Positions 39,329 through 50,812 of a DNA stretch of 64,000 nt are shown piece after piece; position 1 is the first letter of the stretch, and each line of letters opens with the position of its first letter. The DNA is taken from contig OY762940.1 in NCBI GenBank assembly GCA_963667255.1, positions 992,001-1,056,000 on the forward strand, in the 5' to 3' direction. The position numbers and the translations under genes were made by a program. Origin of the DNA: Candidatus Cloacimonadota bacterium (lineage in GTDB: Bacteria; Cloacimonadota; Cloacimonadia; G963667145). The notes under the pieces are model-generated. The model was given only the letters and a program-made list of their open reading frames with translations, was not told where the DNA came from and did no database searches.

Positions 39329-41215
39329 ATGACTATTCGTCGCTTAGCCATTATATTTTTTTCGTTGTTAGCTGTGTTTTCCGGATTGGTTATCGTCTAC
39401 AAGATTGTGGATGATGATGCTCTTTCTCGGTCAATTAATATTCAGGAAAAGCAATACAAAATTATTTTGAGTCATTATGGTCAAAAAGAGTATGAAAACA
39501 CGATTCGCTTAGGAGAGACTTTCTTAAACTCTTTTCCTGATGGTCCTTATTCTGCCGATGTGATGCTCAATGTAGGGCAGTCTTATTTCCAATTGAAAGA
39601 TTATGACAATGCGATTAAAACTTACAATAGTTTACTGGAAAAATACCCCGATCACAAATTGAAAAATTATGTAAAAGATAAGATTGCACAAGCGACCGAT
39701 TATAAGGGAGATTTTGTTTCCAGTTTGGAAATAGGCAAGCAAGGGGCTCAGATAGATTTTGAGAAATGCAAAGAGCTGTTTGATGACAACCTTTACAAAT
39801 ATGCTTTGGGTGCTTTTATTACATATAGGGGAAAATATCCGGAGAGTCCTTTTAGTTCCAATGTGGATTTTTTGATTGCCGATTGCTATTTCAATTTGGG
39901 AGATTTCGATTCTGCGGTTAAACTGTTTCAACAGGTAGTTGAAAAATATCCGCAGAGCGAAGACAAATATTTGGCACAAAGACGATTGGAGAGGATTGCA
40001 ACTTTGCAAGAGAAGAAGGAAAGCAATTCACTACAAGATATTTACAATAGGGCTTTGAACGAGTATAATCAGAAAAACTATAATTCGGCGATAAGTGAGT
40101 TTTCCGATTTTCTTGCTCTTTATCCTACGAGCAAATTTGCACCGAATTGCCAGTATTGGCTTGCGGAATCTTATTATTCCAAGGATAATAAAGCGGCTGC
40201 TTTGCAAGAATTTAAAAAAGTTGTCAAAAATTATCCTAATTCCGATAAAGCAAAAGATGCACAAATCAAAATTGATATGATACTTAACGCCAAAAAAAGT
40301 TTTAACAGGTCTGATGAATTTACCGAGTATAAAAATGTTCGCAAATACTATTTAGTAGGGAAATATGACAAGGCTATAACGGAGTTTGATGAGTATATTT
40401 TGGCTTATCCCGATGGCAAATATATGCCTAACGCTTATTATTGGAAAGGGGAGTGCTACTACTCCAAGGGTGATTACAGAAAGGCTATAGAGGTATTCGA
40501 GAAAGTTTTGCAACTGTTCCCCGACTCTCAAAAGGCAAATCATTCCAGAATTAAAATAAGTATGGCAAAAGAAAAACTTGGAATTGTGGAGCACACTCCG
40601 CAAGAAATTTTGTATCAGAAGAGTTTTGCTCTGTATAAAGATAGGAAATATATTGAGGCAATTGCTTCTTTTGAGTCTTTTATCGATAAATATCCTGTAA
40701 ATCCTTTGGTGGAAAATTGTTTGTATTGGATAGGGGAATGCTACTACGCTTTGGGCAAATATGAGGAGGCGAAATCTCATTTTTCGCAGGTTTTGACCCG
40801 CTATCCTTCCGGCAATAAATACAACGATGCTACTATTAAGTTGAAGATGTGTCAGGAGAAAACAGGCGATAAGATTAAATCGGAGCAAGAGGTTCTTGCC
40901 GAGTCTATTTATAACGATTTCCAAGAGACTAATTATGCAAGAGTTGTCAGCAGAGGTGTTGAATTTTTGGAGAAATACAAAAACTCGCCTCAGAGTCAGA
41001 AGATTCATCTTTTGGTTGCTCAAAGTTATGAAAAATCGAGGAAATTTGATGAGGCTTTTAGAGAGTATAAAAGCATAATTGGCGATTATCCGGAAAAGGC
41101 TTTGGAGATTCAAGAGAAGATTTTGGATTTGTGTTCGACTCTAAATCGCCCCTTACAACTGAAAATCGAAGAGTTGGAAATGAAAAAACTGAAAGGCGAG
41201 GCTGGCAATGAGTGA
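39329..41215 (+). CDS. Membrane-anchored TPR protein with multiple CpoB/YbgF-like units (paralog of 35394-37454)
   Basis: Repeated YP.S..APNCQYWLAESYY-type units; N-terminal TM. Confidence 0.85.
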   Translation: MTIRRLAIIFFSLLAVFSGLVIVYKIVDDDALSRSINIQEKQYKIILSHYGQKEYENTIRLGETFLNSFPDGPYSADVMLNVGQSYFQLKDYDNAIKTYNSLLEKYPDHKLKNYVKDKIAQATDYKGDFVSSLEIGKQGAQIDFEKCKELFDDNLYKYALGAFITYRGKYPESPFSSNVDFLIADCYFNLGDFDSAVKLFQQVVEKYPQSEDKYLAQRRLERIATLQEKKESNSLQDIYNRALNEYNQKNYNSAISEFSDFLALYPTSKFAPNCQYWLAESYYSKDNKAAALQEFKKVVKNYPNSDKAKDAQIKIDMILNAKKSFNRSDEFTEYKNVRKYYLVGKYDKAITEFDEYILAYPDGKYMPNAYYWKGECYYSKGDYRKAIEVFEKVLQLFPDSQKANHSRIKISMAKEKLGIVEHTPQEILYQKSFALYKDRKYIEAIASFESFIDKYPVNPLVENCLYWIGECYYALGKYEEAKSHFSQVLTRYPSGNKYNDATIKLKMCQEKTGDKIKSEQEVLAESIYNDFQETNYARVVSRGVEFLEKYKNSPQSQKIHLLVAQSYEKSRKFDEAFREYKSIIGDYPEKALEIQEKILDLCSTLNRPLQLKIEELEMKKLKGEAGNE

Positions 41216-41660
41216 TTTTACTCATCTTGATAAAAATTACCAAGCGAAGATGGTGGATGTGAGCGATAAGAAAAAACAGCTTCGTATCGCCAAAGCAAAG
41301 GGTAAGATTAATCTACAAGCGGAAACGGTTGAAAAAATACTGTCCAATAGCATTATCAAAGGAAATGTTCTGGCTGTGGCGAAGGTTGCTGCTATTCAGG
41401 GGAGCAAAAAGACCAGTGAGTTAATCCCTATGTGCCATAATGTTTTTATCTCGCAAGTTGCTGTTGATTTTGAGGTTGTTGACGACGGAGTTCTTTGTTT
41501 TAGCAAAGTAGTGGCTGTGGATGTTACAGGGATTGAGATGGAGGCGTTGACTGCCGTAAGTGTTGCGTTGCTCACGATTTACGATATGTGTAAAGCGGTT
41601 GATAAAAAGATGAGCTTTACGGATATAGTTCTTTTGGAAAAGACCAAGCAAGATTTGTAA
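41208..41660 (+). CDS. moaC: Cyclic pyranopterin monophosphate synthase
   Basis: MVDVS.K, LIPMCH, TGIEMEAL, TIYDMCKA. Confidence 0.95.
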   Translation: MSDFTHLDKNYQAKMVDVSDKKKQLRIAKAKGKINLQAETVEKILSNSIIKGNVLAVAKVAAIQGSKKTSELIPMCHNVFISQVAVDFEVVDDGVLCFSKVVAVDVTGIEMEALTAVSVALLTIYDMCKAVDKKMSFTDIVLLEKTKQDL

Positions 41661-42151
41661 TGGGGGAAATTAGTTTTGCCGTCTTATCTCTAAGCACCAG
41701 AGCCAGTCAAGGTGTCTATGAGGACAAAAGTGGAAACTATTTGCGGGAAAAATTACAATCTTTTTGCGGAAGTTCCGGAGACTATTTTCTACTTGCTGAC
41801 GATGAGATAAAACTCGCTTCTACGCTCGAAGAGATTATTGAGCAAAAAACAGATTTGATTTTTACTACCGGTGGCACGGGTATAGGAACTCAAGACATAA
41901 CAATCGAGGTTGTGCAACCGATGATAGACAAGTTTGTTCCCGGGGTGATGGAGTTTATTCGGACGAAATATGGCTATGAAAACAGAAACGCCTTGCTTAG
42001 TAGAGGGGTTTGTGGCTTGGCAAAGCGGTCTCTTATTTTTACGCTTCCCGGTAGCATCAAGGCGGTAAAAGAGTATTGGCAGGAGATAGAGCCACTACTG
42101 GCTCATATGCTTCAAATGAAAGCAGATATCGATTCCCATGGGAGAGTTTAA
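41660..42151 (+). CDS. mog: Molybdopterin adenylyltransferase (MogA/MoaB family)
   Basis: YEDKSG, TTGGTG...DIT, LSRG, LPGS. Confidence 0.85.
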   Translation: MGEISFAVLSLSTRASQGVYEDKSGNYLREKLQSFCGSSGDYFLLADDEIKLASTLEEIIEQKTDLIFTTGGTGIGTQDITIEVVQPMIDKFVPGVMEFIRTKYGYENRNALLSRGVCGLAKRSLIFTLPGSIKAVKEYWQEIEPLLAHMLQMKADIDSHGRV

Positions 42152-42758
42152 CAATATTTTCAACAGCTTTTTGACCAGATCTCAACAAAAAGTTCTTTTA
42201 TTTCTGGTTGTTCTTTTCGTTTTGGGCAAGGGTTTGAACCTATTTTCGTATGAACCAAAAAATCAGAAGCAGTTAACCGAAGAAATTGCTGAAGCGGTTA
42301 AGATTGATGCTAAAATAATAGTAGATGTGAGGACTGCTTCTGCGAAAGAGTTGGAGATGGTGCCCGGGATAGGCGAAAAAACAGCTGCCAAAATCATCGA
42401 GATTCGTTCAGATTTTACTTCTTTGGAAGATTTGATGGAGGTCAGAGGAATTGGTCCTGCCAAGTTTAACAAAATGAAAGAATTTTTTGTCCCTTTTGGC
42501 TCTGAATATACTAAAAAAATTTCTCAAGAAAAGAAGGATGAGATTGAATATGATAGGCGGGCTACAGCGGTCAATTTGAACACAGCCGGAGTTGAGGAAC
42601 TGACAACCATAAAGGGAATAGGGAAAGCTACTGCGGAGAAAATTGTGGAGTATAGAAATGAGCACGGCAAGTTCATGTCGGGAGAAGATTTGCTAAAAGT
42701 CAAAGGCATAGGGACGAAAAAATTGGAAAGTATTTTGTCCCAAATAGTTGTTGAGTAA
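42138..42758 (+). CDS. comEA: ComEA-family DNA-binding protein with two helix-hairpin-helix domains
   Basis: N-terminal TM; VPGIGEKTA, VRGIGP, VNLNTA, KGIG repeats. Confidence 0.8.
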   Translation: MGEFNNIFNSFLTRSQQKVLLFLVVLFVLGKGLNLFSYEPKNQKQLTEEIAEAVKIDAKIIVDVRTASAKELEMVPGIGEKTAAKIIEIRSDFTSLEDLMEVRGIGPAKFNKMKEFFVPFGSEYTKKISQEKKDEIEYDRRATAVNLNTAGVEELTTIKGIGKATAEKIVEYRNEHGKFMSGEDLLKVKGIGTKKLESILSQIVVE

Positions 42759-42807
42759 AATAACTAATAGAAATACTTGTTTTCATTTTTTTAAAATTAA
42801 GATTTCG

Positions 42808-42835
42808 TTGACATATATCTCTCAAGCAATATAGT
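42808..42835 (+). promoter_or_regulatory. Sigma70-type promoter of the guaB-pur operon
   Basis: TTGACA-16 nt-TATAGT. Confidence 0.6.
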
Positions 42836-42883
42836 CATTCAAATTACTTTGATGTAAAAAAATAAATCTCAAGGAATTAACTT

Positions 42884-44377
42884 ATGACAAAATATTATAA
42901 CGATTTGTCTAGAACCTTTAGCGAATTTCTGTTGCTACCTAATTTCACTTCCAAAGATTGCTCTCCGAATAAAATATGTTTGAAAACTTCTGTTTCCAGA
43001 TATTGCAAAAACGACCCCTTACGATTTGAAATTAATTTGCCTGTTGTCTCGGCGATTATGCAGGCAGTTTCTGATGATAACATAGCCATTTCTCTGGCAA
43101 AATGCGGAGGAATGGCTTTTATTTTTTGCTCGCAATCTATAGAAGAACAAGCGAAAATGGTGCGGAAAGTAAAGAGCTACAAAGCCGGATTTGTGGTCAG
43201 TGATTCTAATTTGACCATTGAGCATACTTTGGCTGATGTCATCAAATTAAAAGAAAAAACAAATCATTCTACCATCGCTATTACCGAAGATGGGAAATCA
43301 ACGGGAAAGCTGTTGGGAATAGTTACCAAAAGAGATTATCGGCTCAGTAAAATGTCTTTGGATACCAAAATCAAAGATATTATGACTCCCTTTTCTTCGA
43401 TGATTTGTGGTGAAAATGGGATTAGTTTGAGTGAAGCTAACGATATACTTTGGAAGCATAAATTAAATTGTCTTCCCATAATCGATTCAGAGCAAAATTT
43501 AGCTTATTTGGTTTTTAGGAAAGATTATGAAAATCACAAGGAAAATCCTAATGAGTTGTTAGATGCAGGCAAGAGATATGTTGTTGGTGCAGGGATAAAT
43601 ACCTACGATTACAAAGAAAGAGTTCCTGCTCTGATAAATGAAGGTGCCGACATTTTGTGCATAGATTCTTCCGACGGATTTTCGGAGTGGCAAAGAGAGA
43701 CTATTCAATATATTAAAAATAACATTAGTCGGGATATAAAAGTTGGAGCTGGAAATGTTGTTGATGCGGAAGGGTTTTTGTTTCTTGCGGAAGCAGGAGC
43801 TGACTTTGTAAAAGTTGGAATTGGTGGAGGCTCTATCTGCATCACCAGAGAGCAAAAAGGAATAGGAAGAGGTCAGGCTTCGGCACTTATGGAAGTGGTA
43901 GATGCCAGAGACAAATATTATAAAAACACAGGAGTTTACATTCCTATTTGTTCTGATGGAGGAATTGTTCACGATTATCATCTTTCGCTTGCTTTGGCGA
44001 TGGGAGCTGATTTCATTATGTTGGGCAGGTATTTTGCTCGATTTGATGAGAGTCCTTCCCGCAAATTGAAAGTGGGAAACAACTATGTTAAGGAGTATTG
44101 GGGAGAAGGCTCTAATAGGGCAAAGAATTGGCAAAGATACGATTCTGTGCCTGAGGAAAAGAAAATTGGTTTTGAAGAAGGTGTAGATGCTTATGTTCCT
44201 TATGCCGGAAAATTAAAAGATAATTTGGAGATAACTTTGAGCAAGATTAAGGCAACTATGATTAGTTGTGGTTCTGCCAATTTGGCGGAATTTAGAGAAA
44301 AATCCAGATTTGTGATAGTCTCTCCTACGAGTATTGTCGAGGGTGGAGCACATGATGTGGAAAGAAAAGAGAACTAA
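42884..44377 (+). CDS. guaB: IMP dehydrogenase
   Basis: [11 protein letters not shown] pair, [22 protein letters not shown]. Confidence 0.95.
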   Translation: MTKYYNDLSRTFSEFLLLPNFTSKDCSPNKICLKTSVSRYCKNDPLRFEINLPVVSAIMQAVSDDNIAISLAKCGGMAFIFCSQSIEEQAKMVRKVKSYKAGFVVSDSNLTIEHTLADVIKLKEKTNHSTIAITEDGKSTGKLLGIVTKRDYRLSKMSLDTKIKDIMTPFSSMICGENGISLSEANDILWKHKLNCLPIIDSEQNLAYLVFRKDYENHKENPNELLDAGKRYVVGAGINTYDYKERVPALINEGADILCIDSSDGFSEWQRETIQYIKNNISRDIKVGAGNVVDAEGFLFLAEAGADFVKVGIGGGSICITREQKGIGRGQASALMEVVDARDKYYKNTGVYIPICSDGGIVHDYHLSLALAMGADFIMLGRYFARFDESPSRKLKVGNNYVKEYWGEGSNRAKNWQRYDSVPEEKKIGFEEGVDAYVPYAGKLKDNLEITLSKIKATMISCGSANLAEFREKSRFVIVSPTSIVEGGAHDVERKEN

Positions 44378-44380
44378 AGT

Positions 44381-47300
44381 ATGATAGATGGAAAGTCATT
44401 GATGAACTATAAAAGAGTATTTGTGCAAAAAAAAGAGGGTTTCGAGGTTGAAGCAAAAGATGTTTTGACTGATATTAGGGAAACCTTGTTAATCTCCGAA
44501 ATTGCGGATTTGAAAATACTGATTCGCTATGATTTATACGATATTTCCGAAGAAGAGTATGAGCTGTCAAAAAAAATAGTGTTTTCTGACCATATAGTAG
44601 ATGTTGTTTATGAAAATGACCTTGAAATAGAAGAAGATGAGCAGGTTTTTGCAGTGGAATATTTGCCCGGGCAATATGACCAAAGAGCAGATGCTGCTCT
44701 TCAATGTCTGAATATTCTTTCCCAAAATGACAAGGTAAAAGTCAAAGTAGCAAAATTGTATGTTTTAAAGGGAAAACTAAGCAATATCCAAGTGGGGAAA
44801 ATAAAAAATTATCTGATAAATCCGGTAGATTCAAGGCAGGCAAGTTTGGAGAAAGCTCCAAATTTTGATGGAGAAATCTCGGAAAAACCCAGAGGGATTT
44901 CCCTGGTAAATGACTTTATCTCGATGAACGATGTTGCTTTAATAGAGCTTTTGGAAGAGATGAATTTTTCTATGTGTTTGGAGGATATAAAATTTTGCCA
45001 AGAGTATTTCAAAAATGAAGAAAAGAGAAATCCAACTTCTACGGAATTGAAAGTGATAGATATTTATTGGTCGGATCATTGCCGGCACAAAACTTTTAAT
45101 ACTATAATAGAAGATGTTGAGTTTGAAGATGGCTTTTATATGAAGCCGATAAAGAAGGCTTTTAAGGAATACCAAAAATCTAAAGAAAAATTGGGCAAAC
45201 AAGAGCAAGATATTTCCCTGATGAATATTGTGCTGACGGCAATGCAGGAACTAAAGCGAGATGGCAAATTGGAAGATTTGGAGCAATCCGACGAGATAAA
45301 TGCTTGTAGCATAGAAAGGGAGGTTGTGGTAAACGGAAAGCCTGAAAAGTGGCTGATAATGTTCAAAAATGAAACTCACAATCATCCTACGGAAATAGAG
45401 CCTTTTGGTGGAGCATCTACTTGTCTTGGCGGTTGCATTAGAGACCCCTTGTCGGGAAGAGCATTCGTTTATCAGGCGATGAGGATTAGTGGTTCGGGCA
45501 ACCCTACCTTGATGCATCAAGAGATAAAAGGGAAATTGTCGCAAAAAAAAATCACTAAAGATGCGGCTCGAGGCTATAGTTCTTATGGCAATCAGATTGG
45601 GATTAGCACAGGGCAGGTAGCGGAGTTTTATCATGAAGGATATAGAGCCAAAAGGCTGGAATTGGGGGCGGTAATTGGAGCAGTTCCCAAAAAAAATGTT
45701 ATCAGAGAAAAGCCGAGTCTTTCCGATGTGATAATACTTTTGGGTGGCAAAACTGGTAGAGACGGATGTGGAGGAGCGACTGGCTCTTCCAAATCGCACA
45801 ACGAGAACTCAATCAATGAGTGTAATTCGGAAGTCCAAAAAGGAAATCCTGTTGTAGAGAGAAAAATTCAGAGATTGTTTAGAAACGAAAAGGCGATAAA
45901 ACTGATAAAAAGGTGCAACGACTTTGGAGCGGGAGGAGTTTGTGTTGCTGTGGGAGAGCTTTGCGATGGTGTAAGCATCAACTTGGATTTGGTGCCAAAA
46001 AAGTATGAAGGCTTGAATGGCACTGAAATTGCTATCTCAGAGTCGCAGGAAAGAATGGCGGTGGTCGTCAGCGAAAAAGATAAGAATGAGTTTATTACTT
46101 TGGCAAAACAAGAGGCTTTGGAAGCAGTTGAGATTGCTAAAGTTACCAATAGCAATAAAATGCAAATGTTCTGGGCAGGAGATAAAATTGTCGATATTGG
46201 CAGAAAATTTTTGGATACAGGCGGAGTAAAGCCCAAAGTAAAGGTTAGAGTGAAAAACCCTCTGGAAGAAGAGAATTATTTTTTGCCGAATCGGGAGAAT
46301 GATTGGACAGATAATTTGCAAGAGATAAATCATTGCAGTCAAAAGGGTTTGGCTGAAATGTTTGATAATACCATTGGGAATGGCAGTGTTATTTCCAATT
46401 TTGGAGGCAAATATCAAATGACTCCCGCTGAAGCAATGATTTGTAAAATTCCCGTTTTGGAGGGAGATACGAATAGTGCCAGTTTGATGAGTTATGGTTT
46501 CAATCCTTATCTTTCTTCTTGGAGTCCCTTTCATGGGAGCATTTTTGCGATAGTAGAATCTTTGGCAAAACTTGTCGCCAGTGGTGGAGATTATAAAAAA
46601 GCCAGATTAACTTTTCAGGAGTATTTTGAAAAAATCGGTGATGATGAAGAAAAATGGTCGAAGCCTTTTTCAGCAGTTTTGGGTGCTTATTATTGTCAAA
46701 AAATGTTGGAAGTTCCGGCTATTGGTGGCAAAGATAGTATGTCGGGAAGTTTTAACGAACTTCATGTGCCGCCTACTTTTGTGAGTTTTGCCGTCGATGT
46801 GCTGGATACAAAAAGAGTAATCTCTTCCGAGTTCAAAAAAGTCGATAGTAAGGTTGTAATTCTCAAAGCCCAAAGAGATAAATTTGACATTCCTATATTT
46901 GAAAAATTGAAAGCCAATTTTGAATTGGTGCAAGATTTAATTTCCCAAAATAAAGTCCTTTCTTCGTTTAATGTAAAGAGTGGTGGAATTGCGGAAGCTA
47001 TTTCCAAAATGAGTTTTGGGAATAAAATCGGCTTTGAGTTTGGCACGGATATTTCCATAGAAGAGCTTTATGCAAAAGATTATGGTTCTATCATTTTGGA
47101 GATAGATGCAAAGGAAAATTTGAAGGAGTTATTCCCTGAATTTAGTTATAAAATTTTGGGAAAAACCAAGGAAGCAAAAGTCATCTCTTTCAAAAATTGT
47201 TCTTATGAATTGGACGAATTAATTGCAGTTTGGAGCAAGCCATTGGAGAAGATTTTCCCCACAAAATCAAGAGAGCAAAAAGGGGAAATAGTCAAATTTG

Positions 47301-48150
47301 CTTCTTATGAAAACACATCTCCCCAAAAATCTTTTTACATCTTAAAAAAAGCCAAGCCAAAAGTTTTTATGATGGTTTTCCCCGGAACAAATTGCGAATA
47401 TGATACAAAGAAAGCCTTTGAGAAAGCTGGAGCTGAAGTGGAAATCGGGATTTTTAATAACTTGGATTTAGCACAAATAAAGGAATCGATAGCATATTTT
47501 AGTAAGGCTATAAATAATTCTCAAATCTTGATGATACCTGGGGGATTTAGTTTGGGCGATGAGCCTGACGGTTCGGGAAAATTCATTGCTACCGTCTTGA
47601 GAAATCCCCAAATAGCGGGCAGTATCACAAAATTTTTGCAGACCAAAGATGGTCTTATCTTGGGAATATGCAATGGTTTCCAAGCTCTGCTTAGATTGGG
47701 GCTAATTCCTTTTGGGCAGATAGTTGAGCCGAGTAAAAACTATCTTGCTCTGACACACAATAATATAAAAAGGCATATAGCGAAAATGGCAGATGTCAAA
47801 GTGGTTTCCAATCTGTCTCCTTGGCTTAGCAAAGTAAATGTTGGCGACATTCATACTATCGCTATATCTCACGGCGAGGGTCGAATAGCTGGAGATGAGG
47901 ATAAAATAAAGAGCTTATTTTCAAAAAATCAAATAGCAACTCAATATGTGGATTTTAGCGGAATCCTACTTACGATGAAGATTATAATCCGAATGGCTCG
48001 TTTTGTGCCATAGAGGGAATTAGCGACCCGAGTGGCAAAATTTTTGGGAAAATGGGTCATAGCGAAAGAGTGGGAGACGGGACTTTGATAAATATTTATG
48101 GAAATAAAGACCAAAAACTATTTGAAGCTGGAGTTGATTATTTCAAATAA
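44381..48150 (+). CDS. purL: Phosphoribosylformylglycinamidine synthase (large fused PurL); -1 frameshift at ~47962 as written
   Basis: WSDHCRH, ETHNHPT, DFGAGG, SESQERM, GICNGFQ. The terminal YNPNGS...GKMGHSER...YFK* lies in another frame ending at 48150. Confidence 0.93.
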
Positions 48151-48182
48151 ATCATACCATTTTAAAGGAGGTAAGTGATTAA

Positions 48183-48656
48183 ATGAAAGTGGCAATTATT
48201 TTTGGAAGTAAATCCGATACTGAGGTTATGAGGGGAGCAGCTGATGCCCTGAGAAAATTCGATATTCCCTGCAAAGCTTATGTGCTTTCCGCTCATAGAG
48301 CTTTTGATAAACTTATGGAAACGATAAAATTGTTGGAAAAAGAAGATTGTGAGCTTATAATTGCAGGTGCTGGTCTTTCGGCACATTTGCCAGGAGTCAT
48401 CGCTGCCAATACTTTGATACCTGTAATCGGAGTTCCCATCAATGTATCTTTGAGCGGTTTAGATGCTTTGTTTTCCATAGTGCAAATGCCCAAGGAAGTT
48501 CCCGTGGCAGCCGTAGGTATCAATAATAGCTACAATGCAGGGATTTTAGCTGTTAGGATATTGTCCATTAAGTATAAGGAGTTGAGAGAGAAATTGTTGG
48601 CTTACAAAGACGATTTGAAAGAAAAATTTTTAAAAGATAACGAGGTAATATTATGA
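48183..48656 (+). CDS. purE: N5-CAIR mutase / AIR carboxylase
   Basis: [24 protein letters not shown]. Confidence 0.96.
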   Translation: MKVAIIFGSKSDTEVMRGAADALRKFDIPCKAYVLSAHRAFDKLMETIKLLEKEDCELIIAGAGLSAHLPGVIAANTLIPVIGVPINVSLSGLDALFSIVQMPKEVPVAAVGINNSYNAGILAVRILSIKYKELREKLLAYKDDLKEKFLKDNEVIL

Positions 48657-49363
48657 TAAAGAAAGGTAGTCTGCTCTACGAAGGGAAAGCAAAAAAAATA
48701 TTTGAAACTGAGGTAAATGACGAAATTTTAGTTTTTTACAAAGATGATGCGACAGCTTTTAATGGACAAAAAAAATCTCAAATAGCAAGTAAAGGAATTT
48801 TAAACAATAGCATTACTACTATTTTGTTTGAGTTGCTCGCTAAAAACGGGATAAAAACCCATTTTATCAAGAAAATTAGTGATAGGGAACAATTGGTAAA
48901 AAAAGTGGAGATTGTTCCGCTTGAGGTAATCGTCAGAAATATTGCGGCAGGAAGTATGGCAAATAGGCTTGGTTTGCAGGAAGGTATGGAACTTAAAACC
49001 ACAGTTTTGGAAATTTCCTACAAAAATGATGCTTTGGGCGACCCACTAATTAACGATTATCATGCAGTTTCTATTGGTCTTACTACTTTTGAGGAATTGA
49101 AAAAAATCTATGAGATGGCTGCTAAAATTAATGTTATTTTGAAAGACTATTTTCTGAAAAGAAAGGTTAAATTGGTAGATTTTAAGTTGGAATTTGGAAG
49201 ATATAAAGATGAAATAATTCTTGCTGACGAAATCTCTCCCGATACTTGCAGATTTTGGGATGCTGATACTAATGAAAAAATCGACAAGGACAGATTTAGA
49301 CGAGATTTGGGGAATATTGTAGAAGCTTATGAAGATATTTTAAGCAGAATTTCCCAAGAATAA
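48653..49363 (+). CDS. purC: SAICAR synthetase
   Basis: [38 protein letters not shown]. Confidence 0.97.
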   Translation: MIKKGSLLYEGKAKKIFETEVNDEILVFYKDDATAFNGQKKSQIASKGILNNSITTILFELLAKNGIKTHFIKKISDREQLVKKVEIVPLEVIVRNIAAGSMANRLGLQEGMELKTTVLEISYKNDALGDPLINDYHAVSIGLTTFEELKKIYEMAAKINVILKDYFLKRKVKLVDFKLEFGRYKDEIILADEISPDTCRFWDADTNEKIDKDRFRRDLGNIVEAYEDILSRISQE

Positions 49364-49419
49364 TTTTGCTATGATATTCATTAAATTATTCCAAATGAAA
49401 TATCGAAAGAGAGAAGAAT

Positions 49420-50790
49420 ATGTTTAGGGATAAGTTTAAAGAAGAGTGTGGAGTTTTCGGTGTTTTTTCCAATTTTGATGATTTTGATGCGACGGGATTA
49501 ACTTATTGTGGCTTGTATGCTTTGCAACACAGGGGGCAAGAGAGTGCAGGAATAGCCTCGTGTAGCCAGGGAAACTTGAGTATCAAAAAAGGAATGGGAT
49601 TGGTAGGCGAGGTTTTCAACCAAGAGATTTTAGGGCAATTAAAAGGAAATGCTGCCATTGGGCATGTCAGATATTCTACCACCGGAGCAAGCTCCATAAT
49701 CAATGCTCAGCCTCTGCTCAGTGAGTTGAAATTTGGCAAATTGGCAATCGCTCACAATGGGAATTTGATAAACACCTCGACCATCAAAGAGGATTTGGAA
49801 AATTCCGGTTCTATTTTTTACACTACTACAGATTCGGAAATAATTTTAAATTTGATAGCCAAAAAAACTGAAAAAGACATTGAAAGTGCCATAAAAGAGG
49901 TGGTGCAAGAGATTAAAGGTGCTTATAGCTTTGTTGTTTTGACCGAAAATTCTTTGATAGGAGTTAGAGACCCGGCTGGCATCAGACCTCTCTGTCTTGG
50001 CAAAATAGGAGAAAACTACATTTTATGTTCCGAGAGTTGTGCCTTGAGTATGATAAATGCCCAATTTGTAAGAGACATAATGCCTGGAGAAATGGTTGTA
50101 ATCGATAAAAACGGAGTTTGTTCTACACTTCTATGTGAACAAGTGAATTACAATATTTGTGCTTTTGAATACATCTATTTTGCCAGACCTGATAGTGTGA
50201 TAGATGGGGTAAATGTATATGAGGCAAGAGAAAAAGCAGGGGAATTGCTCTTCAAGGAATCTCCTGTCGAGGCTGATATTGTGGTTGGTGTGCCAGATTC
50301 AGGTATTCCTGCTGCTATGGGTTATGCTCATGCTTCGGGGATTCCTCTTAAAATGGGCTTGATAAAAAACAAATACATAGGGCGAACTTTTATTGCTCCC
50401 AACCAAAAAGATAGAGAAAAAATGGTTTCCATCAAAATGAACTCTTTGTCATCTATTGTAAAAGGCAAAAAAATTGTATTAATCGACGATTCTATCGTGA
50501 GAGGGACGACAAGCCGAAAATTGATAGAAATTTTACGAAAAAGCGGAGCAAAAGAGATTCACTTTAGAATATCTTCGCCCAAAGTAAAATTTTCGTGTGA
50601 TTTGGGTATGGACACCTCTTCGTATGAAAAAGAGATAATAGGAAACTATCTGAAAACTGAAGAAATAAATAAAATTTTGGGTTCTGACAGCCTTAAATAT
50701 CTTAGTATGGAAGGAATGTTGGAAACATTGAAATCTAAAGAGAAAAAAGGATTTTGTCTCGGATGTTTTACAGGGCAATATCCGTATTAG
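49420..50790 (+). CDS. purF: Amidophosphoribosyltransferase (propeptide, Fe-S type)
   Basis: EECGVFG, QHRGQESAG, HVRYST, DDSIVRGTT; Cys ligands in CAFE, CDLG, CLGCF. Confidence 0.97.
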   Translation: MFRDKFKEECGVFGVFSNFDDFDATGLTYCGLYALQHRGQESAGIASCSQGNLSIKKGMGLVGEVFNQEILGQLKGNAAIGHVRYSTTGASSIINAQPLLSELKFGKLAIAHNGNLINTSTIKEDLENSGSIFYTTTDSEIILNLIAKKTEKDIESAIKEVVQEIKGAYSFVVLTENSLIGVRDPAGIRPLCLGKIGENYILCSESCALSMINAQFVRDIMPGEMVVIDKNGVCSTLLCEQVNYNICAFEYIYFARPDSVIDGVNVYEAREKAGELLFKESPVEADIVVGVPDSGIPAAMGYAHASGIPLKMGLIKNKYIGRTFIAPNQKDREKMVSIKMNSLSSIVKGKKIVLIDDSIVRGTTSRKLIEILRKSGAKEIHFRISSPKVKFSCDLGMDTSSYEKEIIGNYLKTEEINKILGSDSLKYLSMEGMLETLKSKEKKGFCLGCFTGQYPY

Positions 50791-50812
50791 CCAAAATAAT
50801 AAGGATAAAAAA

